NCBI GenBank assembly: GCA_000934665.2 | Contig: JYFJ02004101.1 | Span: 1-34,749 of the forward strand | Reading direction: 5' to 3' | Source of the DNA: Catajapyx aquilonaris | Taxonomy: Eukaryota | Length of the DNA: 34,749 nt | Made by a program: the position numbers and the translations under genes | In this document: positions 24,201-34,749 of the stretch, piece after piece | Numbering within the stretch: the stretch's first letter is position 1 | Layout of the letters: the number at the start of each line of letters is the position of its first letter | The notes under the pieces: generated by a model | Databases searched by the model: none | What the model was told of the DNA's origin: nothing | What the model saw: only the letters and a program-made list of their open reading frames with translations

Positions 24201-27200
24201 CACTTGCTGGGTTAGCCGTACAAGGAACTTGAGGCACTTGTGTTGTCAACAGCAAGCTGCACTGTACTGCACTATGGTGGTAATGTGATCTGGTTTCTTC
24301 ATTAAGTAATCAAGGGGTAGTCCATAAAATGTGACAAGATTGTCAGATGCATGTCTAACCAGAAAGGCAAAATACCACAATGCACGCTACTATCTGAAAT
24401 ATCTCCCAAGTGACTGCAAATCGATGAAATTTTAAAACAGCCTATTGTATCACTTCAGTACCACGAAGCACATCATAAAATGTGTAAGCAATATTCACTT
24501 AAACACACACCAGTCATGTACGCACGACTGTACTGTGTTCTCCATATTTAATATTTGACTAATATATTAGTTTTTAGAATTAATATGAGCTTATCATTAA
24601 TGATGCACACTTCTAGTACTCAATGCTTGTCACACATTATGGACAACTCCACTGACAATGCGACTACCGCCTGATTGAAAAATCCACCAAAATCTTCCGG
24701 TCCAGTCAAATCACACGCGCAGCAGACACATTGCCAACAAGCAAATTCCGTAACAGCAAGGGTGTCTGGACCCTCCCCCTCCCCTTTTCAAAGTGTCCCG
24801 ACCACCAGGTGGTGCTGGAACCAGGCCGGTAGGAAGTGATGCACAAACAAGATGTCCACCTGCCTCACTCCTCTACACACTTCCACTACCCTAAGACCAT
24901 CCCCCAATGGTCTAGTTCTCCTTTCCTTGCCAGTCAGTGCACTGTTATATATTTAGGTTTTCCCCTTTTCCAGATGAGGGAGCCAGGCTCTGCCTTGGCT
25001 CTCTGTCGCCATTCCAAAAAGGAACATGTTGGTGGGAGGAGACTCATGCTTCTTTACAAAAAAAAATAAAGGTTATAAAAAAAAAGGAAGAAATCTCTTG
25101 GCTACCCTCCATGACTCAGGCTCATAAGGGCTTTTCTCAATGAGCTTCTGTTCCTTGCAAGTTCAGCTTGAAATGTCTCTCCAGCAGTTGTTCTGAGGCC
25201 GCATTAATAGAGTGGGAGGGCAATTAGAATGATGGCGTCAGTCGGGTAGCATTATAAGTGAACTAATGACCTAGTGCCATTGGCCATCGCTCATACACCT
25301 TGAACCTACTTCAAGTCAGTTAGCTAAATGAGGTCATTAACTCTCTCATGCACAAGCCCTATCAATTATCTTCAATAAAAGCCAATCCACCATGTGTTTA
25401 GTTTTAAAAAATATCTCCAGATATTATGTGATATAAAACGCATTTAAGTGCAAATGCACCATCAGTGCACATACATGTGCTTTTGATTGAATTTATTGCA
25501 TGTTACAAGTTCCTGCTACTAGAGCATTTAACTGAAATGATAGGAAAACCCCAAACACCAGTGCTGCTTAAAATAGCCATCCCTAGGGATGAAACATTAA
25601 TGCTCACTAAAAGGTCATTTTTAGCATTAACGAAGTGCTAGTTATGCCTGTTGGAAGCATTTCAAAGCACAGCCTCTAAAACAGCTGCAAAAATTATGTC
25701 CCCGACTATTTACTCTACAAATACACACCCTCTTTTATATGTGGAGAGGGATGTATCCTCGTGCTCCATTCATGACAATTTGCCAACGATTGGCATCAGA
25801 GCAGCATATCACCTTTGGAACAAGGATATATAGACTACTTCCCTGTTGTTTTCTTAACTTCTTGTAAGGAATGGACGAAAATAGATTGGGTGTCATGTGT
25901 CAGTTTGGGGTAAAGGACATGCAAAAACTTGGGTGCATAGGTTGTCAACCTTTCATCCCCCCCTAGAAAAGAGTATCATTCTCACCTCTGATGGAAAAAA
26001 ATATCCGTTTGTGCCTTGATTCCTACAACACACTGAATCATAGCTGGGACTCCTCACTATCGATGACACTTGTTTTGGAAGTGGAGGTCTTGGTGGCAAC
26101 CCTTGAGGTCCGAGTGAGGGCAGGCTTCCCCATGGGTCACTCTTGGACTTTGAGTTCGGCAGGGGAGGCCTTGGAGGCAAATCCCATTGCCTGTCATCTT
26201 CCACCTGGTAAGCAACCCAAGGGTCACTCTCACCGTTGGCACCTTGCCACCCCTCCTTATTGTTGTCATACACTGACAGAGGTCTGCTGGCAACCCACTC
26301 TTGCGGATTTGGTGATTCCACTGGGTGCACCGCACAGTCCCATTGTGAACCTCGTCTTCTGCGTGGAGTTGGTGATGGTCTCAGTGTCAGCAGAAATGTC
26401 ACTTCCTCGTCACTAGAATCCCAATTGTTGGTGTTCCGTGCATTCCCTTCTCCCCGCATTGTTCCAGCCACGTCCAACTCTCCTTGAGCTATGTGCAAGG
26501 CATGCCTTAATTGCCTTTCTTACACTTAAGTGGCAATTGGGAACAGGCTCTGGAGTGAGCACCACTTTTCATCTGGGTTAGCAGTGTGTCAGTATGCATG
26601 TGTGGGAGTAACAACAGATTTGTCTCCACTCTCCCAGAATGACGTCTGCCTTGTTTAGACTATTACCCCTCACTTTTTGTACAGTGTGTTTTTTTTTTTT
26701 GTCACATCCTGTACCACTCAGCAAGCCAACAATTCTCTGATCTTTTTTGCACAACACATCATCACTTCCTCACTACCAGTACAGTATTAGACGAACTTGG
26801 AACAAAAAGGGTTCTTCCACCAGTGGGCAATTTTTTGTCCACCAAGGCTGCCCTGTCCACAAATGTTCAACATGAGTCACCAACTCGCCACATGCACTGC
26901 CGACTTAGCTCCCTTCCACTGCTGTCATTGTCTTTTGCCAAACAAGACTGAAGTTCGGTTTAGTGTGAAACTGCGTGTATAGGTGAATGGTGTGTGTGTG
27001 TGTGCAGGCTTGTGTGTGTCTGTGCAGAGAGAGAGGGAGCTCAGGGGAAACTCCCTTGTCTCTCATACATCACATGGGTCTAATCCTAGACTCCCCCTCC
27101 TACCAAAAATCCAGGCAGTTTCTGACGACAATTTCAAGAGTTGGAAACACCAATTCCTGCCACCAATAACTTATTTCCAATTGTCCCTCAGGGTGCAATT

Positions 27201-29338
27201 ATCAAACTGTGTAGCATGTGCTAATTAACTTCAGTGTGAACTGCTCATGACGATGCATTACGGATGTTAATCCTGCAACACTACTTCATTCATTTTGATG
27301 ATGATAACAATTTTTGACTCCTGCTATTTTGACTAATAAGCCTCTTCCTTGCCAACTGACAACTCATTCATATTTCCAAGCCCTAAAAATACCAGCTTGC
27401 AGTTGAAGAAACCTGCCAACCTGCCAAAAGCACCGGCCTTTTTAAACCTTTGCACTTTCTTGGCTTCATTTCATTTCCTCCTGCAGACAAGTGCAGGAAA
27501 TTCCACAAACCACACCTCACGTCCTGCATTCTGAGTGGTAACTTTGAAGTAATTCCAGAAATGCAGCTGCCTCATTAACGTCACTTGTGTCCCATTTACC
27601 TACCACATAACTTTTCTTTCTTTTAAAAGTGGTGAGAAACCTACCTGCTTAATCTCTTCATCCTCCTTGGCAGATTTGATCCACTGGCTCAGCATTGCCA
27701 CTGTATCTTCATCCAAATCTGGGGTACTTCTACCTTGCGATGACAGTGCAGATTTCAACATCTGAACTGCTTCCTCGATGGACATCACGTTTGTGTCAAC
27801 AGCTGCTCCCAACTCCGATTTGGTACCTGAAATGTGGGATTATCCACTTGACTCACTCATTTCACCATACTGTAGATGTGCCAACTGCAACCTTACTAAC
27901 GATCAGTAGAATATGGAAACATGCATGCTTAGTTTATACTCTAGAAATTCAGGCAATACCTCCCTTTTTAAATAACAACATTCAATGTGCTCTGAAGTTA
28001 ATACTGATGTCACAAATTCCCTAAAAGTGGATGCAAAGAAGTGGCACTATAACTAAACCCTGCTATGAAACTCTTTTTATTTTTTACCTTTAGAAATAAT
28101 TTTAGCTTTACAGTTGGTTACTGCTAATTAGAAAAATTCATTCTGGTGTAGACGAGATTCATGATACAATAATACCCCTCATTACTAACATTTAAAAATG
28201 AGCGAGAGAATACCAAAATACCATACAACACCATAAAAATTAAAATTCAGGTGGAAAAATTCTATTATTGGACAGTTTTAAAGTTTAATTAAATAAGGAG
28301 ATTCAAATGAAGTCATCAAATCAATTCACCTGCATTATTCGTAAATATTAGAGAATGATGCTTTTCAAGCTTATGGTAATACTTATTTATTTATTTATTT
28401 ATTTAATTAATTAATTTACCCCATTGGGAGAATCGGCGCTCCATTAGGGGGGTGGAATACCACCATTTCACAGCTCAATTTTTTAATGCAATTTATTCTT
28501 CACACATGGATGGGGCTAAGGATAGGAAGAGAAGGAAGTGGCTGTGGCCTATTATACGGAAGCGACCCCGGAATTATCCTAGGAAGACCGTGGAAAACCA
28601 CAGAAAACCACGGTCAGGGTCACCGGCCCCAGGACCTCCCGATTAGCAGTCGGACCCCTTAACCACCCCACCAACCTGCTTCGATAGCTTATGGTAATAC
28701 TTCATAAGCAGTGTAAATTCATACTATGGCAATTTTTACGCATTTTGTTGGGGTTGTAATAAAATCAATATCACAATACAGGTTTCCTTATATAAGGCAT
28801 CTCTTTTTTGCATTCTTTCAGTTGAACTTCACAAGAAATAAAATCAATATCATATACAGCTTCCCTTACGTAATGCATCTCTGAACGGTCTAGATTCATG
28901 ACTAATAAGACTTAACAGCTCAGCTCTTTGCTAGTACTCCAGTAATTTTCCTTTTTCAGTCACATGAGTAATATGGGCATGGAAACCACAATGACATCAC
29001 ATGCCAAAATCACAGATGTAACCCTGGTGTTCCAAAAGTTACTTGGAGCTGCCTCCCAATCGAATCTGATGTGACCTACGCTGACATAATTATCCAATAG
29101 CAAGCATTACTGCGGGCTGTAAATCAGCAGCATAATTTGGCCACAACGTTCATGTCACTACTTTATTTGTGAGTGTCAACATAATTCCACATTGCAGGCC
29201 CATGATATGTATACCTGCAATGATTCCGTCCATCTGTTGCAGGGCGGCCTCGAGAAGCCTGCTGGCCTCGGCGTGGGCCGACCTCACTTGCTCTTCCGGC
29301 TGCTGCTGGTGGACCACCTCCTCCTCCGCATTGCCCAT
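12209..29338 (-). CDS. Liprin-beta: Liprin-beta (PPFIBP family): N-terminal coiled coil plus three SAM domains, about 785 aa, 15 coding exons (canonical isoform)
   Basis: Exons 29338-29215, 27826-27645, 21074-20892, 20828-20670, 20390-20262, 18340-18227, 18136-17944, 16360-16234, 16174-15883, 15757-15494, 15094-14923, 14765-14557, 12565-12437, 12363-12304 and 12229-12209, all GT-AG and phase-consistent. Motifs: ASRLLEAALQQMDGIIAG, RLEGDKESLQMQVSVLTEQ, LLTRSSLETQKLEL, SSAPNLAETEK, FRRGGLRATAQPRLGWS, and SAM segments HPLHRKKL, RWLDDIGLPQH, WTNHRVMEWLRSVDLAEYAPNLRGSGVHG. The last two small exons are less certain; the alternative stop is at 12416. Confidence 0.92.
14230..14478. mobile_element. 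MITE with 33-bp TIRs and AATT TSD (Sola-like) in a liprin-beta intron
   Basis: gaatgggttagtgccataacgtgctaagccaca (14230-14262) versus 14446-14478, one mismatch; aatt at 14226-14229 and 14479-14482. The superfamily is inferred from the 4-bp AWWT TSD only. Confidence 0.88.
15159..15341. mobile_element. PIF/Harbinger-like MITE family, copy 3
   Basis: TIRs ggtgcatttacatatgagcgatttga and tccaatcactcacatgtaaacgccgc, flanked by taaa and ttaa; internal palindrome. Confidence 0.8.
19614..20194. mobile_element. Tc1/mariner (pogo/Tigger-like) non-autonomous element, 581 bp
   Basis: TA TSD; 27-bp TIRs cagtaaaacttctataagtcgaacctc and gaagttcgacttatggaagttttactg (two mismatches); several subterminal gaacttcgacttaggga-like direct repeats. 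Confidence 0.9.
22183..22934 (-). CDS. Candidate alternative N-terminal exon C of liprin-beta (basic, then Cys/His-rich, PPCYCCG)
   Basis: About 250 open codons in an otherwise AT-rich intron. Phase-1 acceptor tttttacggcttccag or its own ATG at 22920; phase-0 donor AAG|gtagtc joins exon 21074 in frame. Confidence 0.6.
23101..23336 (-). CDS. Candidate alternative exon B2 of liprin-beta (Ser/Asp-rich)
   Basis: Acceptor ttttgcctcctag (phase 1), open frame AVPKGDGDTSASSSEDE..., consensus donor CGC|gtaagt (phase 0) compatible with exon 21074. Confidence 0.65.
23678..24134 (-). CDS. Candidate alternative first exon B1 of liprin-beta (Gly/Pro-rich, poly-Glu)
   Basis: ATG 24134, 152 codons plus 1 nt, ending at phase-1 donor AAAG|gttagc. 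This matches the phase-1 acceptor at 23337-23338. Confidence 0.65.
23770..23860. repeat. (TCC/TTC)n trinucleotide tract encoding poly-Glu on the minus strand
   Basis: Read directly from the sequence; lies within candidate exon B1. Confidence 0.9.
25986..26459 (-). CDS. Candidate alternative N-terminal exon A of liprin-beta (SVYDN motif, two copies of SDPW...LPPRPPLP)
   Basis: 158 codons from ATG 26459 to a phase-0 donor GAG|gtgaga (25985), in frame with the coiled-coil exon at 21074. The two LPPRPPLP copies differ only at synonymous third positions. A possible phase-1 acceptor lies at 26489-26490. Confidence 0.7.
28385..28685 (-). mobile_element. tRNA-derived SINE (about 300 bp) in liprin-beta intron 1
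   Basis: Perfect 17-bp TSD agcttatggtaatactt (28368-28384 and 28686-28702). On the minus strand: A-box-like tggtggggtggttaag, anticodon-arm-like tccga-ctGCTaa-tcggg, and a (TAAA)n tail. Confidence 0.9.
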
Positions 29339-31933
29339 CACTCGAACCACCCGTCTCTCAGCTTAGAAGAAAAAAGGATGGGGCAGAGCAGCACCCGGTC
29401 ATCTCATCCCCACAGTATACGTTCAGAGAGGAGGAGATCCCCTTTTGGGGCTGTCAACCTATCCTCAAGATGGACATTCTCGACTCGTTCCACGGCCAAA
29501 GATGGCTGAAAAATGCAGGAAGCTGGATCACCAATGATAAACAATTTTGATGCCATTTCGATACTATACTCGCGCGGGAAACGGGGAGGGGAAAAAAAAG
29601 TGCGCCATCTCAAGTGAGGTCACTGCTTGGCTGCACTAAATGAGGCTCGACAATTCATTTGAAGTTATGTGCACTCAGCAAGTGCTTCCCACCCTGTCAA
29701 CATACATGTCAAAAAAGCAAAGGGAGAATCAGGCTCCACATGACTGCGTAGCATGAAAAGGTCGGTGTCAACACATGCTGACCTTATGAACGCAAGTCAC
29801 TTTCTCAAAAAAGTAATTATTCAGGCACCTTCCTCAATACACCTGCAACCAAAAATATCACGGTTCCTAGAGTGCAATGAAAGAGATCATTTTTTTTGGA
29901 AGTTCCCTGGTAACTTTGAGATTTTCAGATTGTGTACACTAATGAGTAGAGTGACTAATATGCACAAACTATAAATTCATTTCCAGACACAACTGTAGGT
30001 CATCATTACATTTAGTACAGATGTCCCAAATATCATAATTGTGTAAACTTATTCACCTCAACCTTGAACACATCATGAATAAATATTGTACATATTTACT
30101 GGGCAGTAGTAGCTTCCGCTAAATACTGGCTTCAAAACATAATTATTTCTGCGAACAAAATATGAAAAACTAAATCCTTGGCTAGAAGTACATTACAAAC
30201 AATAAACCCATCTGAAAAAAAACAACCATACTGTTATTATTTTATGAGCCCAAAAATATCTAAACCCTACGGAAGGGAGCACCACAGGATAGCACATACA
30301 AAATATTGAAACCATGAGATTCTATTACAATAAATAAAACGAAGTACCTGACACCTACTTTGAAAGCCCAGAGTAATAAATTGACACTAATGAGATTCAA
30401 TCCCTGAAAGGCTTGGGGGGATAGATAAAAAGAGTATCTCCAAGTGGCAGTGGAAGCATGGAGAATTATGAACAAACAAATTATTTCTTCTCGTCGCTGC
30501 ACAATTTTCTGCAATAAGATTGGCGCATTATGCTCGACATAGAGAATAGTAACGTAGGTTATTAATAACACAAAAAAACTTTTACAACCTCTCAAACTTT
30601 TCTCAGCTATTTACAGCACAAGTGTCATGTAAATTGTGAACATGCTCACAGCAACATACTGTACTTCTCATGTCATGTGTAAAGTGTGACAAAGGTGCCT
30701 ACCAGTGCACATTTGATAATTCATAACATTGTTACTCAAAGGCACCAAAACAATAAGGCTACCTTTAAGTCACAAGTGGAATGGATTGAAACAAAACCCA
30801 GTGAAATGCTACCATTTTCTATTGTGAAATCAGCATAAGGTCAACAAAAAAATAGTATAGGAGATATTGTCCTCATGAGCAGCACTTAAAAACACCCCCT
30901 CTATTATTGTGACCACATTTATTTCAGCCATTTGTGACCATAGCTGTTATTGACTGCCAGGAAAAAAAAAGATGTGGTATGTTAATTAATGCAATTTTCA
31001 ACTAATAATACACTCATAATATGAATGTTAGACTCTTAATTGCAAAATAACTAATAGAAGCCTGATGCTGATAGTCAATGTAACAAAAATTATTCGTTGC
31101 TTATCATATTGCGATTAGTGATGGGCCAATCATCCACAGAACTTTCAAGGCTGCAAAAACTATGACACAATGCAGTTAAAACATTTTGTACATTTCATAC
31201 GCAATTTCCAATGAGTTCGAAAATTAACAGCTTGCAAAACCAAGTAGCCTGAAAACTGCTTAAAGTATTTCTTGTCACACTTCTGAGATAGTATTTATAG
31301 CTTCAAAATAACCCAAGCCCACTACTAATTACAACATAAGTACATGTGGTATTATTGCAACTGTTAGCTGCTCATAAATAGGAAAATTCACTGAAGATAA
31401 TTCATTGCCTTATACACACACCACCTGGCTAAATGGGCTTCACTTATCCAGGTAATTACACAATAATTATTCAAAGAGCATAGCAACATCCCGAGCTGAG
31501 TGAAATCATGAAATGTGTCGAATAGTAAAAAATATTTTGATATCAACGGAAAGAGACTTGTTTCTGTCCCTTATAAAAAAGTAGCACAGGAAGATTAACA
31601 CCACTTGTCAAAATAATCATCAGAAACAATTACCCAATATACATTCACGGAACTATAATAAAATTCAAAATTACATGGCTTTCCATTTCCATTCACATTC
31701 AAGTGAAAACTTAGAGATCATGACTGTGCTGTTAATACATGGCTACAGTGGCAACTCAATAACTGCAGGAGTAATCATTTATGATGTACAACATACTATC
31801 TCAAAGGTAGCATCAGCACTGGAACGAAATGGTACAATGTTGGTAAAATGGCATGCTGATGTGCAGAGCAAAATTGTACTTGTACTTAAATGGTAAGTGC
31901 TGTCAATGTATAACAGCAAGTTCTCCATAATTA

Positions 31934-32096
31934 CAGTAACACCACAATATAACACTCCCTTATATCTCTTTCCCACTTTTAGCACCCTTTGTTTCCGGCC
32001 CCTTGATAAGGTAAATTTTCCCGAATATAATGCTATCCCGCTTATAGTGCTGCTTTTGGGTGGTTCCTTGAAGAGCCTTATATCGAGGTTTTACTG
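31934..32096. mobile_element. Older pogo/Tigger-like MITE
   Basis: cagtaacaccacaatataa and ttatatcgaggttttactg (16 of 19 complementary), flanked by ta and tg. Confidence 0.6.
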
Positions 32097-33563
32097 TGTT
32101 ATGTTGACAGCAACAAAAACTTACGAATAACTTATTTCCATAAAAACAACAGCAAAATAAACTTCATATATGCATAAGAAGAGCACTCAGCAAAATAACT
32201 TGCAATTTCCTTAAAAAATATGAATGTGTTACTTGTGAAACTGACAAGAACCCTTGGTCACTGCAAAAGATGGATGGCACTCACACAAAAAGTGACTCAA
32301 TTCCTACGAAACAGTGTTTGTAGTAAAGCACAGACGCTGCTGAAAATGTCATGTTAGTTTGCAGCCATTCCTACTGCATGAGCCTATATCTGTTTGTTAA
32401 AAGATGCAGTCACTTAGGCAAATTCTAGAGTAAGAGCCATTATCAAGTGAGAGCTAGTTCCTACTAACAAGGGTATCAAATAACAATTTTTTAATTATTA
32501 AAAGTGGTTTTGGAATTAAATTGCTATTCTACAGAAAAGCAGCTCACAATGACTTAATGTCAGACACAGTGAGGGTAAAAATTACCCTGATGCATGTATC
32601 CACAATGGATGTTCACTTTCGATGCGTATAGAGATGTGCTAACACATTAAAACAAACGTTTGGCCTAAAATTTTGTAAACCTAACTATGTACCTGGCAAG
32701 AAATAGACCCTCAGCATAATTATCCCACTCTCCTTTCAAGGATACCTTTCATGGCCTAGTCATGTATCTCCATTAATATAAAGATGTTATCCTACCACAC
32801 ATGCACACACACACACACCCACACAAAATCACAAAAATATATCTTTCATTCTATAAATCAGGGTATTATTTTTTCTCTCCAACAATTGTGATAATTCCCA
32901 CAACTCACACTTCTCATGTATTGCAGAATGTAACCAGAAAAGAAAATGATGGAATATTTCAAAATATGCTTGCATTGTAACGCAGAAAGCTGAAGTTGAA
33001 GTGATGAATTCAATGAACCCAGTTCTTAGCCTAACTCATTATTGCTAAAGTCATGAGATTATGTTGTCCATGTGTAAAATCATGCAGCATCCCTGTCAGA
33101 GCTTCACTGCACAAAAATCATGTTCAGTAATTATGCATGGGAATATTGTTTGTTAATATTCTCTGCTAATGATGAAAGTATCATCAGTGATGCTCACAGA
33201 TTGAGGGCAGTCAGGGAATGCAATGCTCTTCCCCTTTTCAGGTTTATTCAACATGGAGCCTGAATTTCATTTTTATGCACTTTTGTATGTCACGGTGAAA
33301 GAATAACACACTCTATTGTTCACCTCCATATTTTGATCACTGGGGTCACACTATGACAGTTCTACATACGGGCATACATAGGTAGGAATTGTCACAATTG
33401 CCTGGCAATTAAAATTACCTGAACATACTATATTTTGTTACCTCTCCACTTGCCTGATCACTAAACACTCTTTAAGTCTTACTGAGCAACTAACTTGTTC
33501 CCTATCTTGTCTCTGCACTGGTACAGTATATGTTGCTGAGCATATCAGCAATTCCATGACTCT

Positions 33564-34580
33564 TCATTCATGAGTCTTGCTGAGCAGATGTGAGTTAAAG
33601 TCATACAGGTTGGAGCATTGCTCCCCACATATGTTGCACTTCCAAGGGTTGCTTTCTGAGTGACATCCCTTATGCAGGAAGTAGAGAGTCTGGTCTGGAA
33701 AGATGATGCCACAATAGATGCACTGAAGCATGCGCTTGTGGACTGGGGGTGGAGCAGGGTAAGTCTCCTGATTCGTGGACGTTATAGAGTCCAATGGTGA
33801 ACAGTCAGATAGCTGCCGACGCTGCTGTTGGGGTGGTGGATGATGTTGGTGATGTCGGTGATGATGCCTCCTCAGATCATCCCTCAGGAGGGACTTGAGT
33901 GGTGAGACCTTGATGAGTGATATGGATGAGGAGCACCTGTCACGAGCTGCATTGTCTGGTGCCTGCTCCAGTGTGGACTGGAGCAGTGAGTGGGATGAGG
34001 ATGGTACAGGTGCAGTAGCACTGGGACCACCATCACCAGCATCGTCAAACTCCTTGTCCTCTGGCTCCTGTTTCACTGTGGCACTGCCAGCAGCTTCCTC
34101 ATCTACCCTCTTCTCATTGCTGCTGCTGGGTAGATTCGAGTTTGAATCTGAAGGTGGTGATCCTGCATTGGACGGTGACCTAGTCCCAGATGATCCCATG
34201 TGATGATGTATCACCAGGTCTTCTGGATGCATGTTATCATCGTTCATGTGGTGATGGTGGTGATGATGGTGATGGTGGTTGCGGATGGGGGAGTCGGCCT
34301 TAGCAGCCAAGAAGTGTGATGTGATTGGGTAGGAGGCATAGTAGGCAGGATTGGTAGGAGGAGGAGGGCTCTGGCCACCACCACCGACTGCGCTGCTGCT
34401 GCTGCCTCCGGGTATGTATGGCCCACCACCACTGGTAGCCATAGAGATCTCAATGTGAGGAGCCAAAAAGTGTGGAGGGACACTCAGGGTGGCAGAGTCT
34501 GACTGGGGTTTGCAATCTTCATCCATTGGAGCACTGCCACCATCACTGGTACCTCCGCAGTGGTTGCTTGGAGAGTGAAC
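33564..34580 (-). CDS. Terminal exon of an Ikaros/Hunchback-family (Pegasus-like) C2H2 zinc-finger protein; gene continues beyond the window
   Basis: Acceptor atatctcttcag|GTT at 34581-34582, then 339 codons including the stop. It ends in the paired fingers CIYCGIIFPDQTLYFLHKGCH...PWKCNICGEQC...FNSHLLSKTHE, the arrangement of the Ikaros/Hunchback C-terminal dimerisation fingers. The linker has poly-His tracts. Confidence 0.85.
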   Translation of the reverse strand, partial: VHSPSNHCGGTSDGGSAPMDEDCKPQSDSATLSVPPHFLAPHIEISMATSGGGPYIPGGSSSSAVGGGGQSPPPPTNPAYYASYPITSHFLAAKADSPIRNHHHHHHHHHHMNDDNMHPEDLVIHHHMGSSGTRSPSNAGSPPSDSNSNLPSSSNEKRVDEEAAGSATVKQEPEDKEFDDAGDGGPSATAPVPSSSHSLLQSTLEQAPDNAARDRCSSSISLIKVSPLKSLLRDDLRRHHHRHHQHHPPPQQQRRQLSDCSPLDSITSTNQETYPAPPPVHKRMLQCIYCGIIFPDQTLYFLHKGCHSESNPWKCNICGEQCSNLYDFNSHLLSKTHE

Positions 34581-34749
34581 CTGAAGAGATATGATTAAGT
34601 AAATATGCAAACCACGCAAGAATAAGCAATAAAGAGTCCAGTCAATCTATCAGGGTCATTCCATGTCAATTCACCGAGCTTTTAAGGAAAATTGACCCTT
34701 GGGTTGTCAGATTTTGACGAAAATCGGCGAATCGCTTTAATTACGTCTT

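Noticed and set aside
23667..24288. Plus-strand poly-Ser/poly-Leu ORFs
   Set aside because: Antisense shadows of the trinucleotide-rich minus-strand exon B1.
28630..28685. Functional tRNA-Ser gene
   Set aside because: No T arm, B box or acceptor stem; it is the head of a TSD-flanked SINE.
30000..33560. Short ORFs downstream of the zinc-finger gene
   Set aside because: AT-rich, non-ATG or motif-less; better explained as long 3' UTR or intergenic DNA.

Overview
Eukaryotic, intron-containing DNA, probably arthropod/insect (inferred from many 53-90 nt introns, the SINE type and the protein motifs). Four protein-coding loci were built by hand from splice sites with consistent reading phase. (1) A 6-exon HAD-IIA phosphoglycolate/glycerol-3-phosphate phosphatase (PGP-like, minus, 5100-6831), which needs a GC-AG intron. 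(2) A divergently transcribed 6-exon testis-specific Ser/Thr kinase (TSSK family, plus, 7629-9975). (3) A roughly 15-exon liprin-beta (minus, 12209-29338). (4) The last exon of an Ikaros/Hunchback-family zinc-finger gene (minus, 33564-34580). Non-coding DNA holds many short non-autonomous transposons (hAT-, PIF/Harbinger-, piggyBac-, Tc1/mariner- and Sola-like MITEs, two nested clusters) and a tRNA-derived SINE with a perfect 17-bp TSD. The most interesting signal is the 6.5-kb second intron of liprin-beta. It contains three extra splice-compatible coding modules that would give the protein several unrelated, swappable N-termini. I found no CRISPR, rRNA, intact transposase or prokaryote-type system. 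Novelty cannot be established without database searches.
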